Assembly (NCBI GenBank): GCA_041651535.1
Contig: JBAZIZ010000001.1
Coordinates: 6,011 to 70,010 of the forward strand
Origin: Patescibacteria group bacterium
GTDB lineage: Bacteria; Patescibacteriota; Patescibacteriia; Magasanikbacterales; UBA922
Direction: 5' to 3'
DNA: 64,000 nucleotides
A program made the position numbers and the translations under genes. Positions 47,882 through 58,905 of the stretch are shown here, piece by piece. The first letter of the stretch is position 1. Each line of letters begins with the position of its first letter. Under the pieces are notes generated by a model that did no database searches, had not been told where the DNA came from, and worked only from the letters and a program-made list of their open reading frames with translations.

Positions 47882-49528
47882 ATGGTTAAACAAAAAAAAC
47901 GAAAATTTATCTTTGTTGTTGGAGGAGTGATGAGCGGAGTTGGCAAAGGAATAACTTCTGCTTCATTAGGTTTAATTTTAAAATCAAAAGGCTATAAAGT
48001 TACAGCTTTAAAAATAGATCCTTATGTAAATGTAGATGCTGGTACGATGAATCCAATTGAACATGGAGAAGTTTTTGTTACTAACGATGGAGATGAAACA
48101 GATCAAGATATGGGAAATTATGAAAGATTTTTAGATATTGATCTAAGTTCGGAAAATTACATGACAACTGGCAGAATTTATTTAAAAGTTATCGAAAATG
48201 AAAGAGCTATGAAATATAAAGGTAAATGTGTTCAAGTTGTGCCTCATATCCCTTTTGAAGTTATAAAAAGAATTAGAAATGCAGCTGAAAAACACGATGC
48301 AGATGTAACAATTATTGAAATTGGAGGTACTGTTGGTGAATATGAAAATATTTTATTTTTAGAAGCAGCCAGAATGATGAAATTAAAAGAACCAAAAAGT
48401 GTAGCTGTTGTTTTAGTTAGTTTTATGCCAGTACCACATCATATTGGAGAAATGAAGACAAAACCAACTCAACATGCAGCTAGATCTCTTTCTAGTGCTG
48501 GTTTAAATGCTGATATGATATTTGCTCGTGGTCCAGAACCTTTGGATAAACCAAGAAGAGAAAAATTAGCTATTTTTTGTGGTATTGACGCAAAAAATTG
48601 TATTTCAGCTCCAGATGTAGATTCTATTTATGAAATTCCTGATAATTTTGAAAAAGAAAATGTTGGTAATAAAGTTTTAAAAATTTTAGGTTTAAAAGCA
48701 AAAAAAACTGATTTATCTGATTGGGATAAAAAAGTTGTAGAAAAATTAAAAAATGGTAAAAAACAAATTAAAATAGCTGTAATTGGAAAATATTTTGGAA
48801 CTGGAAATTTTACTTTAGCTGATTCTTATATTTCTGTTATCGAAGCAATAAAACATGCAGCTTGGGCAAATGATTCCAAAGCAATTTTAGAATGGATAGA
48901 CTCAGAAAGATATGAAAAAAACAAAAAAAATGTGGAAGAATTAAAAAATTATAATGGAATTATCGTTCCTGGTGGTTTTGGAACAAGAGGAGTAGAAGGA
49001 ATTATGCAAGCTATAAAATTTGCTAGAGAAAATAAAATTCCATTTTTAGGTTTATGTTATGGTATGCAATTAGCTTCAATTGAATTTGTTCGCAATGTTA
49101 TTGGAAAAAAAGAAGCAAATAGTGTAGAAATTAATTCTGAAACTTCAGATCCAGTAATTCATATAAATAAAAATCAAGCAGAAAATATAAAAGAAGATCT
49201 TTATGGCGGAACTATGCGTCTAGGAGCTTATAATTGTCAAATAAAAAAATCTACCAAAACTTTTGATGCTTATCAAAGTGAAATGATTTCTGAAAGACAT
49301 CGCCATCGTTATGAATTTAATAATGAATATAGAAAAGAAATAGAAGATGCTGGATTACAAATAACAGGTATTAATCCAGAAAGTGATTTGGTGGAAATTA
49401 TAGAATTACAAAACCATCCATTTTTTATTGGTGTTCAATTTCATCCTGAATTTAAATCTCGTCCAATGAGACCACATCCTTTATTTAATCATTTTATTAA
49501 AGCTACTTTAGGTAATTTAAAAAAATAA
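47882..49528 (+). CDS. pyrG: CTP synthase
   Basis: GGVMSGVGKG, KIDPY, HGEVFV, KTKPTQH, GLCYGMQ, QFHPEF. Confidence 0.97.
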   Translation: MVKQKKRKFIFVVGGVMSGVGKGITSASLGLILKSKGYKVTALKIDPYVNVDAGTMNPIEHGEVFVTNDGDETDQDMGNYERFLDIDLSSENYMTTGRIYLKVIENERAMKYKGKCVQVVPHIPFEVIKRIRNAAEKHDADVTIIEIGGTVGEYENILFLEAARMMKLKEPKSVAVVLVSFMPVPHHIGEMKTKPTQHAARSLSSAGLNADMIFARGPEPLDKPRREKLAIFCGIDAKNCISAPDVDSIYEIPDNFEKENVGNKVLKILGLKAKKTDLSDWDKKVVEKLKNGKKQIKIAVIGKYFGTGNFTLADSYISVIEAIKHAAWANDSKAILEWIDSERYEKNKKNVEELKNYNGIIVPGGFGTRGVEGIMQAIKFARENKIPFLGLCYGMQLASIEFVRNVIGKKEANSVEINSETSDPVIHINKNQAENIKEDLYGGTMRLGAYNCQIKKSTKTFDAYQSEMISERHRHRYEFNNEYRKEIEDAGLQITGINPESDLVEIIELQNHPFFIGVQFHPEFKSRPMRPHPLFNHFIKATLGNLKK

Positions 49529-49539
49529 TAATTTTTGAT

Positions 49540-50619
49540 ATGAAAATATTGTTTTCCGGTGGTGGAACATTAGGACCAGTGACACCACTTTTAGCAATAA
49601 AAGAAGTGATAGAAAATAATCCTGATTTTTTAAATACAGAATTTGTTTGGTTAGGAACAAAAACTGGACCAGAAAAATATTTTTTAAAAAGTTATAATTT
49701 AAAATTTAAAGAAATAATTTCTGGAAAATTTAGAAGATATTTTTCTTTTGCAAACATAATTGATATTTTTAAAATTTTCACTGCTTTTTTTCAAGCTTTT
49801 TTTATTTTGCTAAAAGAAAAACCAGATGTTTGTATTTCAGCTGGAGGATTTGTTTCTGTTCCAGTACATATTGCAGCTTGGTTTTTGGGTATTCCAACAT
49901 GGATTCATCAACAAGATTATAAAGTTGGTTTAGCAAATAATATTATGAAAGTATTTGCTTCAATAATCACAACTTCACTTGAAGAACATTTAATGTTTTT
50001 TTCAAAACAAAAAACATTTTGGTTAGGAAATCCAGTTAGAGAAGAAATTTTTCTTGGCAATAAAGAAGAAGCAAAAAAAATATTTAATTTAAAAACAAAT
50101 TTACCAATTATTTTTGTGACTGGTGGGGGAACAGGATCTCTTAGAATAAATCAAATGATTATAGAAGCTTTACCTCATTTGCAAAATCAAGTCCAAATAA
50201 TTCATTTATCTGGAGAAAACAGAGAAAAAAATAATTTAAAAGAAGCAGAGAAATTATTTAATTTTTATCACACTTATTCTTTTTTTTCTTTTGAAATGAA
50301 ACATGCTTTTGCTGCTGCCGACCTTATAATTTCTCGCGGTGGTTTTGGTACCTTAACTGAAATTTCAGCTTTAAAAAAAACAGCAATAATCATTCCAAAA
50401 ACAGGACATCAATTAGATAATGTAAAATTTTTAGCAAAAGAAAAAGCAGTAGTTTTTTTAGACGAACGATTTTCTGATGGATTAATTTTGGCTGGTAAAA
50501 TAAAAGAATTGCTTCAAAACGAATCAGAAAGAATAGAAATGTCTAAAAAATTAAATAAAAAATTACCAGTAGCAAAAAAAGAGAAGATAATAGAAATTTT
50601 TAAAAAAATATTAAAATAA
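49540..50619 (+). CDS. murG: MurG UDP-GlcNAc transferase
   Basis: GGGTLGP, GKFRRY, GGFVSVP, GNPVR, GGGTGS, SRGG. Confidence 0.92.
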   Translation: MKILFSGGGTLGPVTPLLAIKEVIENNPDFLNTEFVWLGTKTGPEKYFLKSYNLKFKEIISGKFRRYFSFANIIDIFKIFTAFFQAFFILLKEKPDVCISAGGFVSVPVHIAAWFLGIPTWIHQQDYKVGLANNIMKVFASIITTSLEEHLMFFSKQKTFWLGNPVREEIFLGNKEEAKKIFNLKTNLPIIFVTGGGTGSLRINQMIIEALPHLQNQVQIIHLSGENREKNNLKEAEKLFNFYHTYSFFSFEMKHAFAAADLIISRGGFGTLTEISALKKTAIIIPKTGHQLDNVKFLAKEKAVVFLDERFSDGLILAGKIKELLQNESERIEMSKKLNKKLPVAKKEKIIEIFKKILK

Positions 50620-50677
50620 AGTTTATATTTGTTAAAAATTGTGTTATAATAAAATTGCTTGTTTTAAAAACGCATCT

Positions 50678-52408
50678 ATGCCTACACATTTTTTGAACAA
50701 AAAAGTAGATTCAGAACTTGAAAAAAAAGAGGAGATTTGTGTTTTTGCACAAACTAATTTTAGAAATAAAAATAGAAAATTTGGTATAAAAACCGATGAT
50801 CGTCGTCGTCATATGTATGTGATTGGAAAAACTGGTATGGGAAAGACAACGATTATGGAAAATATGGTTTTAAATGATATTTACAATGGTCATGGAATTG
50901 GAATTGTAGATCCTCATGGTGATTTTGCTGAAAAAATAATTGATTATATACCACCACACCGTATCAATGATGTAGTTTATTTTAACCCTGGAGATATTGA
51001 TTTTCCTATTGGATTTAATGTTTTTGAAACAAAAACTGAGGAACAACGACATTTAGTTGCTTCTGGACTCATGGGAATTTTTAAAAAAATTTGGCCTGAT
51101 GTTTGGTCAAGCAGAATGGAATATATTTTAAATAATACTATTTTAGCTTTACTTGAAACACAAGGTTCTACTTTATTAGGAATAAACAGACTTTTAGCTG
51201 ACAAAGAATATAGAAAAAATGTTATTAAACAATTAAAAGATCCAGTTGTAAAAGCTTTTTGGCGTGATGAATTTGCTAGTTATAATGATCGCTATGCACA
51301 AGAAGCAATCGCTCCTATCCAAAATAAAATTGGGCAATTTTTGTCTGCTTCTGTTATAAGAAATATGGTTGCGCAAGTAAAATCAACTATCAATGTACGT
51401 GAAATAATGGACACAAAAAAGATTTTTATAATGAATCTTTCTAAAGGACGGATTGGGGAAGATAATTCTCGTTTACTTGGCGGTATGCTTATTACCAAAT
51501 TACAATTAGCCGCCATGGAAAGAGTTGATATCCCAGAAAATGAACGACAAGATTTTTTTCTTTATGTTGATGAATTTCAAAATTTTGCAACACCATCTTT
51601 TGCAAATATTTTATCTGAAGCTCGTAAATATCGTTTAAGTTTGATCATGGCTCATCAATATATTGCTCAATTAGACGAAATCGTAGCTAACGCAGTGTTT
51701 GGAAACGTGGGTACAATAGTTACTTTTAGAGTTGGTGGAGCAGATGCAGAATCTTTAGTTAGAGAATTTACTCCTGTTTTTACTGAAGAAGATATAGTAA
51801 ATTTAACAAAATATAAAATTATTTTAAAATTAATGATCGATGGTGTCGCTTCACAGCCTTTTAGCGCTGAAACTTTACCACCAATAGGTTTTCCAACAGC
51901 TTCTCGAGAAAAAGTTATCAGAGTTTCTAGAGAAAGATATGCAAAAAGCAGAGCTTTAATTGAAGAAAAAATATTACGTTGGAGTGGTATGGACACCAAT
52001 CCAACAAATGATGAAGATGATGAAATGATGCCAAAAATCAATTCTTCTATAAATAAAAATTTTGAGAAAAAAGTAGAATTACCTGTAAAAAAAATAAATA
52101 AAGATTTTTCTAATCAAAAAAATAAACAAGATAGAGAACAAAAAAATTTTTCCCAATCAGTAAATAATTCTTTTACAAACAAAAAAAATAATGAATTTAA
52201 AAATAAAAATCAGAAAAATCAAAAAAAAGAAACACTTTCTTTAAAAGAATTATTAAACACTGAAACAAAAAATCTAGTTAATTTTTCTGGCAAAAATATC
52301 AATCCAAATTTACAAAAATCATCTGAACCAAAAAAAATTGAAGCCGATAAACCAGTTAATTTTTCTAATAATAATGAAGATTATCCATCCTATTATGAAG
52401 ATAAATAA
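50678..52408 (+). CDS. DUF87/HerA-TraD-like P-loop ATPase with low-complexity C-terminal tail
   Basis: DRRRHMYVIGKTGMGKT, DPHGD, YVDEFQNF, LSEARKY, AHQY. Confidence 0.88.
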   Translation: MPTHFLNKKVDSELEKKEEICVFAQTNFRNKNRKFGIKTDDRRRHMYVIGKTGMGKTTIMENMVLNDIYNGHGIGIVDPHGDFAEKIIDYIPPHRINDVVYFNPGDIDFPIGFNVFETKTEEQRHLVASGLMGIFKKIWPDVWSSRMEYILNNTILALLETQGSTLLGINRLLADKEYRKNVIKQLKDPVVKAFWRDEFASYNDRYAQEAIAPIQNKIGQFLSASVIRNMVAQVKSTINVREIMDTKKIFIMNLSKGRIGEDNSRLLGGMLITKLQLAAMERVDIPENERQDFFLYVDEFQNFATPSFANILSEARKYRLSLIMAHQYIAQLDEIVANAVFGNVGTIVTFRVGGADAESLVREFTPVFTEEDIVNLTKYKIILKLMIDGVASQPFSAETLPPIGFPTASREKVIRVSRERYAKSRALIEEKILRWSGMDTNPTNDEDDEMMPKINSSINKNFEKKVELPVKKINKDFSNQKNKQDREQKNFSQSVNNSFTNKKNNEFKNKNQKNQKKETLSLKELLNTETKNLVNFSGKNINPNLQKSSEPKKIEADKPVNFSNNNEDYPSYYEDK

Positions 52409-52883
52409 AAATAAAATCTTTTTATTTGCTTTTTCTTTATTAATTTCGTTTTTACCTGGAATTATTGGTTCTCTTTTTACTGTAAAAGCAATAGAAAATT
52501 GGTATGTATATTTAAATAAACCTATTTTTAATCCACCAAATTGGATTTTTTCGCCAGTCTGGATTTTACTTTATATTTTGATTGGTATTTCTTTTTATTT
52601 AATTTTAGTTAAAAAACCAAAAATTGATCAACAAAATTTTAATGTTATTATTTTTCTTTTTACTTGCCATTTAGTCTTAAATGCTTCTTGGTCTATTTTC
52701 TTTTTTAATTTTCATGATATTTTGACTGCTTATATAAATATTTTATGTTTAGATTTAGTAATTTTTTTATGTATTATAAAATTTTATAAAGTTAGTAAAA
52801 TTGCTGGTTTATTATTTGTTCCTTATTTAATTTGGATTTTATTTGCGACGTACTTAAATTTATCAATTTTTTTATTAAATTAA
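52395..52883 (+). CDS. tspO: TspO/MBR family tryptophan-rich sensory protein
   Basis: WY..LNKP.FNPPNWIF.PVW, LNASWS..FF, PYL.W..FA..LN. Confidence 0.93.
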   Translation: MKINKNKIFLFAFSLLISFLPGIIGSLFTVKAIENWYVYLNKPIFNPPNWIFSPVWILLYILIGISFYLILVKKPKIDQQNFNVIIFLFTCHLVLNASWSIFFFNFHDILTAYINILCLDLVIFLCIIKFYKVSKIAGLLFVPYLIWILFATYLNLSIFLLN

Positions 52884-52900
52884 TTAATGTTAAATAAAAT

Positions 52901-53290
52901 ATGAATTTTAAAAAAATAATTATTTTCTCTTTAACTTTGTGGTTATCTATAACAGTTATTTTTTATTTGTTATCTTTTTTACCTTTTTTAAATAAAGACA
53001 TTTATTTTTTTACTAGTGTTTGGATATTGATTTTAATAAAAATGTTTTTTCTTTGCAAATGGTATTTTAGAAATGAAGAAGCTAGTACAAAAAATGGTAT
53101 TATTTTAGGTTTGTCTTCTAGTGTAATAATATTTGTCTTAGGTTATTATATTAGTTTGCCAGTTTTACAAAAAATAACAGAAATTTCTTTTTATCAAAAT
53201 AAATTTTATTTATTAGTTATAATATTAGAAATATTTTTATTTTGTTTTTACGCTGGATTTGAATTTGATCGAACTTTTACTAAAAAATAA
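52901..53290 (+). CDS. Hypothetical 4-TM membrane protein
   Basis: Hydrophobic ORF in operon. Confidence 0.65.
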   Translation: MNFKKIIIFSLTLWLSITVIFYLLSFLPFLNKDIYFFTSVWILILIKMFFLCKWYFRNEEASTKNGIILGLSSSVIIFVLGYYISLPVLQKITEISFYQNKFYLLVIILEIFLFCFYAGFEFDRTFTKK

Positions 53291-53298
53291 TTTAATTG

Positions 53299-53326
53299 AA
53301 AAAACAAGCTAGTAGGCTTGTTTTTT
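53299..53326 (+). terminator. Intrinsic terminator
   Basis: aaaaaacaagct agtag gcttgtttttt. Confidence 0.7.
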
Positions 53327-53357
53327 GTTTGTTTTTTAGTATAATAAAGAAAAAAAT

Positions 53358-54422
53358 ATGAAAATAAACAAAAAAGTATTAATTGCTATGTCTGGAGGAG
53401 TGGATTCTTCTGTAGTTGCTGCAATATTAAAAAATAAATATTCTAAAGTAGTTGGCGCATTTATGATAAATTATGACACTGCAGAAAATGGTGAACAAGG
53501 CACTTGTTATATAAATGATTATCGTGACGCAGTTAGAGTAGCGGCAAAACTTAATATTGAATTATTAAAGTTAGATTTTAAAAAAGAATATAAGAAAAAT
53601 GTTTTAGATTACATGTATGAAGAGTATAAAAAAGGTAAAACTCCAAATCCAGATGTTATGTGTAATAAATATATTAAATTTGGTTTTTGGTTAGAAAAAG
53701 CAAAAGAATTAGGTTTTGATTATTTAGCCACTGGGCATTACGCAAAAATAGACAAAAATAAACAGGAATTTTTTTTAGAAAAAGCAAAAGACGAAAATAA
53801 AGACCAAACATATTTTTTACATCAATTAAACCAAGATCAACTAAAATATACCTTGTTTCCGATTGGAAAATATACAAAAAAACAAGTTAGAAAATTAGCA
53901 AAAAAATTTGATTTACCAACAGCAGAAAAAGAAGAAAGCATGGGAATTTGTTTTGTGGGTGAAGTAGATATGAAAAAATTTTTAACTGATAAAATAAAAA
54001 ATAAAAAAGGAAGTATAATTTTGGAAAATGGTGAAAAAATAGGGGAACATGATGGATTATCTTTTTATACTATTGGACAAAGACATGGTTTTGAACAAAT
54101 TGGAGGAACCAAAGCACTTTTTGTTTTAAAAAAAGATTTTGAAAATAATTTATTGATTGTTGGTGAAGAAAATTCAGAATTACTTTATAAAAAAGAAATT
54201 GAATTAGAAAATATACATTTTATTTCAGAAAAAGAAATTAAATTTCCTTTGAAATGTGATGTTAGATTACGTCATCGCCAAAAATTACAAAAAGCTGTTT
54301 TAAATAAGGAAAATAATTGTTTTATTTTAAAATTTAATAAAAAACAAAAAGCTATTACTCCTGGACAATTTGCTGTATTTTATAAAGGAAATTATTGTCT
54401 TGGTGGTGGAGCTATAAAATAA
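53358..54422 (+). CDS. mnmA: tRNA-specific 2-thiouridylase
   Basis: AMSGGVDSSV, TPNPDVMCN, ATGHY, KDQTYFL, GICF, TPGQ. Confidence 0.96.
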   Translation: MKINKKVLIAMSGGVDSSVVAAILKNKYSKVVGAFMINYDTAENGEQGTCYINDYRDAVRVAAKLNIELLKLDFKKEYKKNVLDYMYEEYKKGKTPNPDVMCNKYIKFGFWLEKAKELGFDYLATGHYAKIDKNKQEFFLEKAKDENKDQTYFLHQLNQDQLKYTLFPIGKYTKKQVRKLAKKFDLPTAEKEESMGICFVGEVDMKKFLTDKIKNKKGSIILENGEKIGEHDGLSFYTIGQRHGFEQIGGTKALFVLKKDFENNLLIVGEENSELLYKKEIELENIHFISEKEIKFPLKCDVRLRHRQKLQKAVLNKENNCFILKFNKKQKAITPGQFAVFYKGNYCLGGGAIK

Positions 54423-54433
54423 TATATAAATTT

Positions 54434-54472
54434 AAAAAGCGCGTAGTGTTTCTTTACACAAAACGCGCTTTT
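54434..54472. terminator. Bidirectional terminator
   Basis: aaaaagcgcgt..gtgt..acac..acgcgctttt. Confidence 0.75.
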
Positions 54473-54803
54473 ATTTTGAATCTTCGTCAATTTCAAAATT
54501 GAAATTGATTTCAGATTCTTCCCCCTCATTCTGCTGTTTTTCTTTTTCTAAAAGAAGTTTTTCCCTTTCTAGCTTCTTTATAAAGAAATCTAAAGAAGCT
54601 AGCTTTTTATTTTCTGTTGTTTTTTCGGAAAGCTGGTAATGAACCCAACCATCTTCTTTGTCAACATAAAAATAAAAAGTTATGCCGTTTTTCATCGTAT
54701 AAGATGTTGGCATGTGAAAAGTATCATTAAGATACTTTTCTTTTAAAAAAAATCTAAAATCTTCATCGGCAAAAATAATTGCCGATATTCTTAAATCGGT
54801 CAT
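54471..54803 (-). CDS. Small orphan protein
   Basis: 110 aa; GGGGG SD-like; TTGACA-N17-TTTAAT promoter at about 54846-54874 (minus). Confidence 0.6.
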   Translation of the reverse strand: MTDLRISAIIFADEDFRFFLKEKYLNDTFHMPTSYTMKNGITFYFYVDKEDGWVHYQLSEKTTENKKLASLDFFIKKLEREKLLLEKEKQQNEGEESEINFNFEIDEDSK

Positions 54804-54948
54804 TTTTTGCCCCCATTTTTAAAATTTAAAGAACTTTTTCATTTAATTAAACCATAATAACTTGATATTGTCAAACTTTTAGTGTATTATATAAATATGA
54901 ATTTTAACTCTTAAATTACGATTTTTTTGTTTAATTAGTAATAAAAAT

Positions 54949-56802
54949 ATGATCATAAATTCTTTTGAATTAAGAAAAAAATATTTAGAATTTTTTAAAA
55001 GCAAAAATCATGCAATTATAAGTTCAGCTTCGCTTATACCAGAAAATGATCCAACTGTTTTATTTACTACAGCTGGAATGCATCCTCTTGTACCTTATTT
55101 GCTTGGTGAAGAACATCCAGCTGGAAAAAGGCTTACAGACGTCCAAAAATGCGTTAGAACAGGGGATATTGATGAAGTTGGTGACTTTAGTCATCTAACT
55201 TTTTTTGAAATGTTAGGCAATTGGAGTTTAGGCGATTATTTTAAAGAAGATTCAATAAAATGGAGTTTTGAATTTTTGACTGATAAAAAATGGTTAGGAT
55301 TAGATATTCGTAAATTAGCTGTAACTGTTTTTGAAGGGGATAAAGATGCCCCAAAAGATGAATTTTCAGCTGAAATTTGGAAAAAAACAGGAATATCAGA
55401 AAATCGAATAGCCTATTTACCAAAAAAAAATAATTGGTGGGGTCCAGCGGGACAAACAGGTCCTTGTGGTCCAGATACAGAAATTTTTTATTGGCGTGGA
55501 AAAAGTGAATTTCCTTCGGAAAATAGTAATCCTAGAAATGATGAAGAAAATTGGTTAGAAATTTGGAATAATGTTTTCATGGAATATTTCAAAGATGAAG
55601 AAGGAAAATATAATGTTTTAAAACAAAAAAACGTAGATACAGGCATGGGATTAGAAAGAACTGTTTTAATTTTAAATGGTTTAAAAGATATTTATGAAAT
55701 TGACACTTTAAAACCAATTATCAAAAAAATTGAAAATATTAGTCAAAAAAAATATAGAGAAAATGAAGTTTTTGATAAATCAATGCGTATTATTGCTGAT
55801 CATTTACGCACAGCAACTATGATTATGACTGATAATCGTGGTATAGCTCCTGGTAATGTTGATCAATCTTATATTGTTCGTCGTTTGATTCGTCGTGCTG
55901 TTAGACATGGAAAAATTATCGGAATTGAACATAATTTTTGTCGAGAAGTTGCTGCTGAAGTTATAAATATTTTTTCTGATATTTATGAAGAAGTAAATAA
56001 AAATAAAGATTTTGCTTTAAATGAATTAGAAAAAGAAGAAGAAAAATTTAATAAGACCTTAGAACAAGGAATAAAAGAGTTTGATAAAATCTTAAATGGA
56101 TTGAAAATTGCTTTTGAAAAAACCGGTAATAAAATTAATGAAATTTCTGGCAAACAAGCTTTTAAATTATATGACACTTTTGGATTTCCTTTAGAAATGA
56201 CTGAGGAATTAGCCAAAGAACATAATTTAACAGTAGATAACCTTGGTTTTAAAGACGCTTTTGAAAAACACCAAGAATTATCTCGTGAAGGTGCTGAACA
56301 AAAATTTAAAGGTGGCTTAGCAGATCAAAGTGAAATGAGTACAAAATATCATACAGCAACTCATTTATTACATGCTGCACTTAAAAAAATACTAGGTGAA
56401 CATGTAGCTCAACGTGGTAGTAATATCAATACTGAAAGAATGCGTTTTGATTTTTCACATCCAGAAAAAATGACTGATGAGCAAAAACAATTAGTTGAAG
56501 AATTAGTAAATTATGCAATTGAAAAAAAATATCCGATTTCTTTTGTAGAAATGTCAGTTGAAGAAGCAAAAAAAATAGGAGCAATTGGACTTTTTGAAAA
56601 TAAATATGGAGAAAAAGTAAAAGTTTATAGTGTTGGTGATCCAAATAAAATTCCAAATGCTGAAAAAAATTCACCAACTTTTAGTAAAGAAATTTGTGGC
56701 GGTCCTCATGTAGAAAATACCAGCAGTTTAGGAAAATTTAAAATAATTAAAGAAGAAGCAGTGAGTTCTGGAGTAAGAAGAATAAAAGCTATACTTGAAT
56801 AA
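54949..56802 (+). CDS. alaS: Alanine--tRNA ligase (short form lacking C-Ala)
   Basis: DPTVLFTTAGM, HLTFFEMLGN, GPCGPDTE, DTGMGLER, HTATHLL, CGGPH, GVRRIKA. Confidence 0.96.
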   Translation: MIINSFELRKKYLEFFKSKNHAIISSASLIPENDPTVLFTTAGMHPLVPYLLGEEHPAGKRLTDVQKCVRTGDIDEVGDFSHLTFFEMLGNWSLGDYFKEDSIKWSFEFLTDKKWLGLDIRKLAVTVFEGDKDAPKDEFSAEIWKKTGISENRIAYLPKKNNWWGPAGQTGPCGPDTEIFYWRGKSEFPSENSNPRNDEENWLEIWNNVFMEYFKDEEGKYNVLKQKNVDTGMGLERTVLILNGLKDIYEIDTLKPIIKKIENISQKKYRENEVFDKSMRIIADHLRTATMIMTDNRGIAPGNVDQSYIVRRLIRRAVRHGKIIGIEHNFCREVAAEVINIFSDIYEEVNKNKDFALNELEKEEEKFNKTLEQGIKEFDKILNGLKIAFEKTGNKINEISGKQAFKLYDTFGFPLEMTEELAKEHNLTVDNLGFKDAFEKHQELSREGAEQKFKGGLADQSEMSTKYHTATHLLHAALKKILGEHVAQRGSNINTERMRFDFSHPEKMTDEQKQLVEELVNYAIEKKYPISFVEMSVEEAKKIGAIGLFENKYGEKVKVYSVGDPNKIPNAEKNSPTFSKEICGGPHVENTSSLGKFKIIKEEAVSSGVRRIKAILE

Positions 56803-56804
56803 AT

Positions 56805-57821
56805 ATGATTGAAATTAGACAAATAAAAAACAAAGAAGAGTGGGAAAAATTTTTATCTAAACAAAAATTTTGTCCCATGACTCAATCTACAAAATATGGT
56901 GTTTTTTACGAACAGATGAATGAGGAATCTTTTATTTTAGGTCTATACGAAAATGAAAATCTTGTCTTTGGTTCTTTGATTTTATCTATTCATGCTCGTC
57001 GAGGAAATTTTCTTTTTTTACCTTATGGACCGATAGGCGAACAAAAAAAAGAATATATAGAACTATTTTTTACTGAATTAAAAAAAATTGCTGAACAAAA
57101 AAAGTATTCATTTTTGCGTATCAGTCCTTTTATTGAAAATACTAAAGAAAATAGGGAAGTATATGAAAATTTTGGTTTTAAACTGGCTCCAATTCATATT
57201 TTAGCTGAAACAACTTGGTTATTAGACTTAGAAAATTCAGAAGAAGATACTCTAAAACAAATGAATAAAAATCATCGAAATTTAATAAAAAGATGTGAAA
57301 AAGAAGGTGTAAAAATAGAAATAACAAATAACATTGAAGAATTAAAAGATTTTAATAATTTACATGATTTTACAGCAAAAAAACATAATTTTACACGGTT
57401 TTCAAATGATTATATAAAAAAGGAATTCCAAAATTTTTTACCGAATGAAGTTTTGCTTTTTAAAGCTTTTTTGCCAGATGGAAAACTAGATGCAGCAGCT
57501 GTTATTTATTTTTATAAAAATATGGCAGCTTATCGTCATGGGGCTTCATTAAATTTGAATAATAAAATTCCAAGTTCTTATTTATTACAATGGACAGCTA
57601 TAAAAGAAGCAAAAAAAAGAGGAATAAAATATTACAATTTTTGGGGTATTGCTCCAGATAATGCTAAAGATAACCATCCTTTTAAAGGTATAACTCATTT
57701 CAAAAAAGGATTTGGTGGATTCAAATTGGATCTTTTACCTTGTCATGATTTAATGATTTCAAAAAAATATTTTATTAATTTAATTATAGAAAAAATCAGA
57801 GCTAAAAAGAGGGGATTTTAA
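56805..57821 (+). CDS. FemAB/FemX-family peptidoglycan peptidyltransferase
   Basis: PYGP, LLDL..SEE, YRHGAS, LLQW.AI.EAK, YNFWGI, FKKGFGG. Confidence 0.9.
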   Translation: MIEIRQIKNKEEWEKFLSKQKFCPMTQSTKYGVFYEQMNEESFILGLYENENLVFGSLILSIHARRGNFLFLPYGPIGEQKKEYIELFFTELKKIAEQKKYSFLRISPFIENTKENREVYENFGFKLAPIHILAETTWLLDLENSEEDTLKQMNKNHRNLIKRCEKEGVKIEITNNIEELKDFNNLHDFTAKKHNFTRFSNDYIKKEFQNFLPNEVLLFKAFLPDGKLDAAAVIYFYKNMAAYRHGASLNLNNKIPSSYLLQWTAIKEAKKRGIKYYNFWGIAPDNAKDNHPFKGITHFKKGFGGFKLDLLPCHDLMISKKYFINLIIEKIRAKKRGF

Positions 57822-57834
57822 TACTTAGAATGCT

Positions 57835-58833
57835 ATGATTTTAAAAGATTTTAAACAAAATATAGAGTTAAAACCAAAAACTTCTTTTTTTTGTAGAAAA
57901 AAAATTAAAGTTAATAAAGACTATGCTTGGCAAGGGACAAAAATAAATCCATACAAAAAAGAATGTGATTCAGAAAAAAAGAAATTTTTATTTTATGTCT
58001 TCATCATTTTATTTTGTGTTTTTATAACTATTTTTTTAGCAATTTTTAATCCATTTTTTAAGATCAGTGAAATAAATATAAATGGCTTACAGAGAATAAA
58101 TAATGCTGAAATAAAAACTGTCACCTTTGATCTCTTGAATTTAAAATCTTTTGGTTTTTTGCCTAATGATAGTTATTTTAGAATTAAAATTGATAATATA
58201 ATTGAAATACTTAAAAACAGATTTCCAATTGAAGAAATAACAATTACAAAAAGTTTCCCTAATGTTTTGAATATAGACATTAAAGAAAAAATAACAACTA
58301 TTATTTATGATAATGGTAAAGAATATAGTTTTATTAACTTAAACGGTGATATAGTTGAAATTTTTAGAAAAGTAGCTTCTTACGAATGGCAAGAAACTAT
58401 AAAAATTAATACTAGTACCGATGAATTTGGTAAAATTATAGAGAATAAAGAAGTAATAAATAAAATCCATAAACCAGATATAAAAAGTTTAATAAATGAT
58501 ATGGGCAATTATCCAATAGTTTTTGATGAAAGACAAACTGATGTCGAGATAAACAAAAATGTACTTAATCAAAATCAAGCAAGAAAAATTGTAGACTGGT
58601 TTAATTTACTAAATAAAAATACAGACGAAATTAATCTAAAATATTTTATTTTAAATAATTCTAACGATGAAGTAATAATTCAAACTTATGATGCTTGGTA
58701 TATAAAGACAAGTGTAGACCGAGAAGTAGAGAATCAATACAAAGAATTAAAAACTGTTTTAGAAAAAGAAATTCAAAATCAAAATTTTTCTTACATTGAT
58801 TTAAGATATCCAAATAGAATTTATTGGAAATAA
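57835..58833 (+). CDS. FtsQ/DivIB-like POTRA protein
   Basis: TM, PFFKISEININGL, KSFPNVLNIDIKEK, YIDLRYPNRIYWK. Confidence 0.75.
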   Translation: MILKDFKQNIELKPKTSFFCRKKIKVNKDYAWQGTKINPYKKECDSEKKKFLFYVFIILFCVFITIFLAIFNPFFKISEININGLQRINNAEIKTVTFDLLNLKSFGFLPNDSYFRIKIDNIIEILKNRFPIEEITITKSFPNVLNIDIKEKITTIIYDNGKEYSFINLNGDIVEIFRKVASYEWQETIKINTSTDEFGKIIENKEVINKIHKPDIKSLINDMGNYPIVFDERQTDVEINKNVLNQNQARKIVDWFNLLNKNTDEINLKYFILNNSNDEVIIQTYDAWYIKTSVDREVENQYKELKTVLEKEIQNQNFSYIDLRYPNRIYWK

Positions 58834-58905
58834 TTTTATTGTATTAATTGACGAAGTTTTTAGGCAGAGCAGAAGTGGAATTGCGTTATATGTAAGATAT
58901 ATAGT

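Noticed and set aside
50678-52408. Conjugative element based on the TraD/VirD4-like ATPase
   Set aside because: No relaxase or mating-pair genes; the gene sits among housekeeping genes, as is common for this ATPase family in CPR genomes
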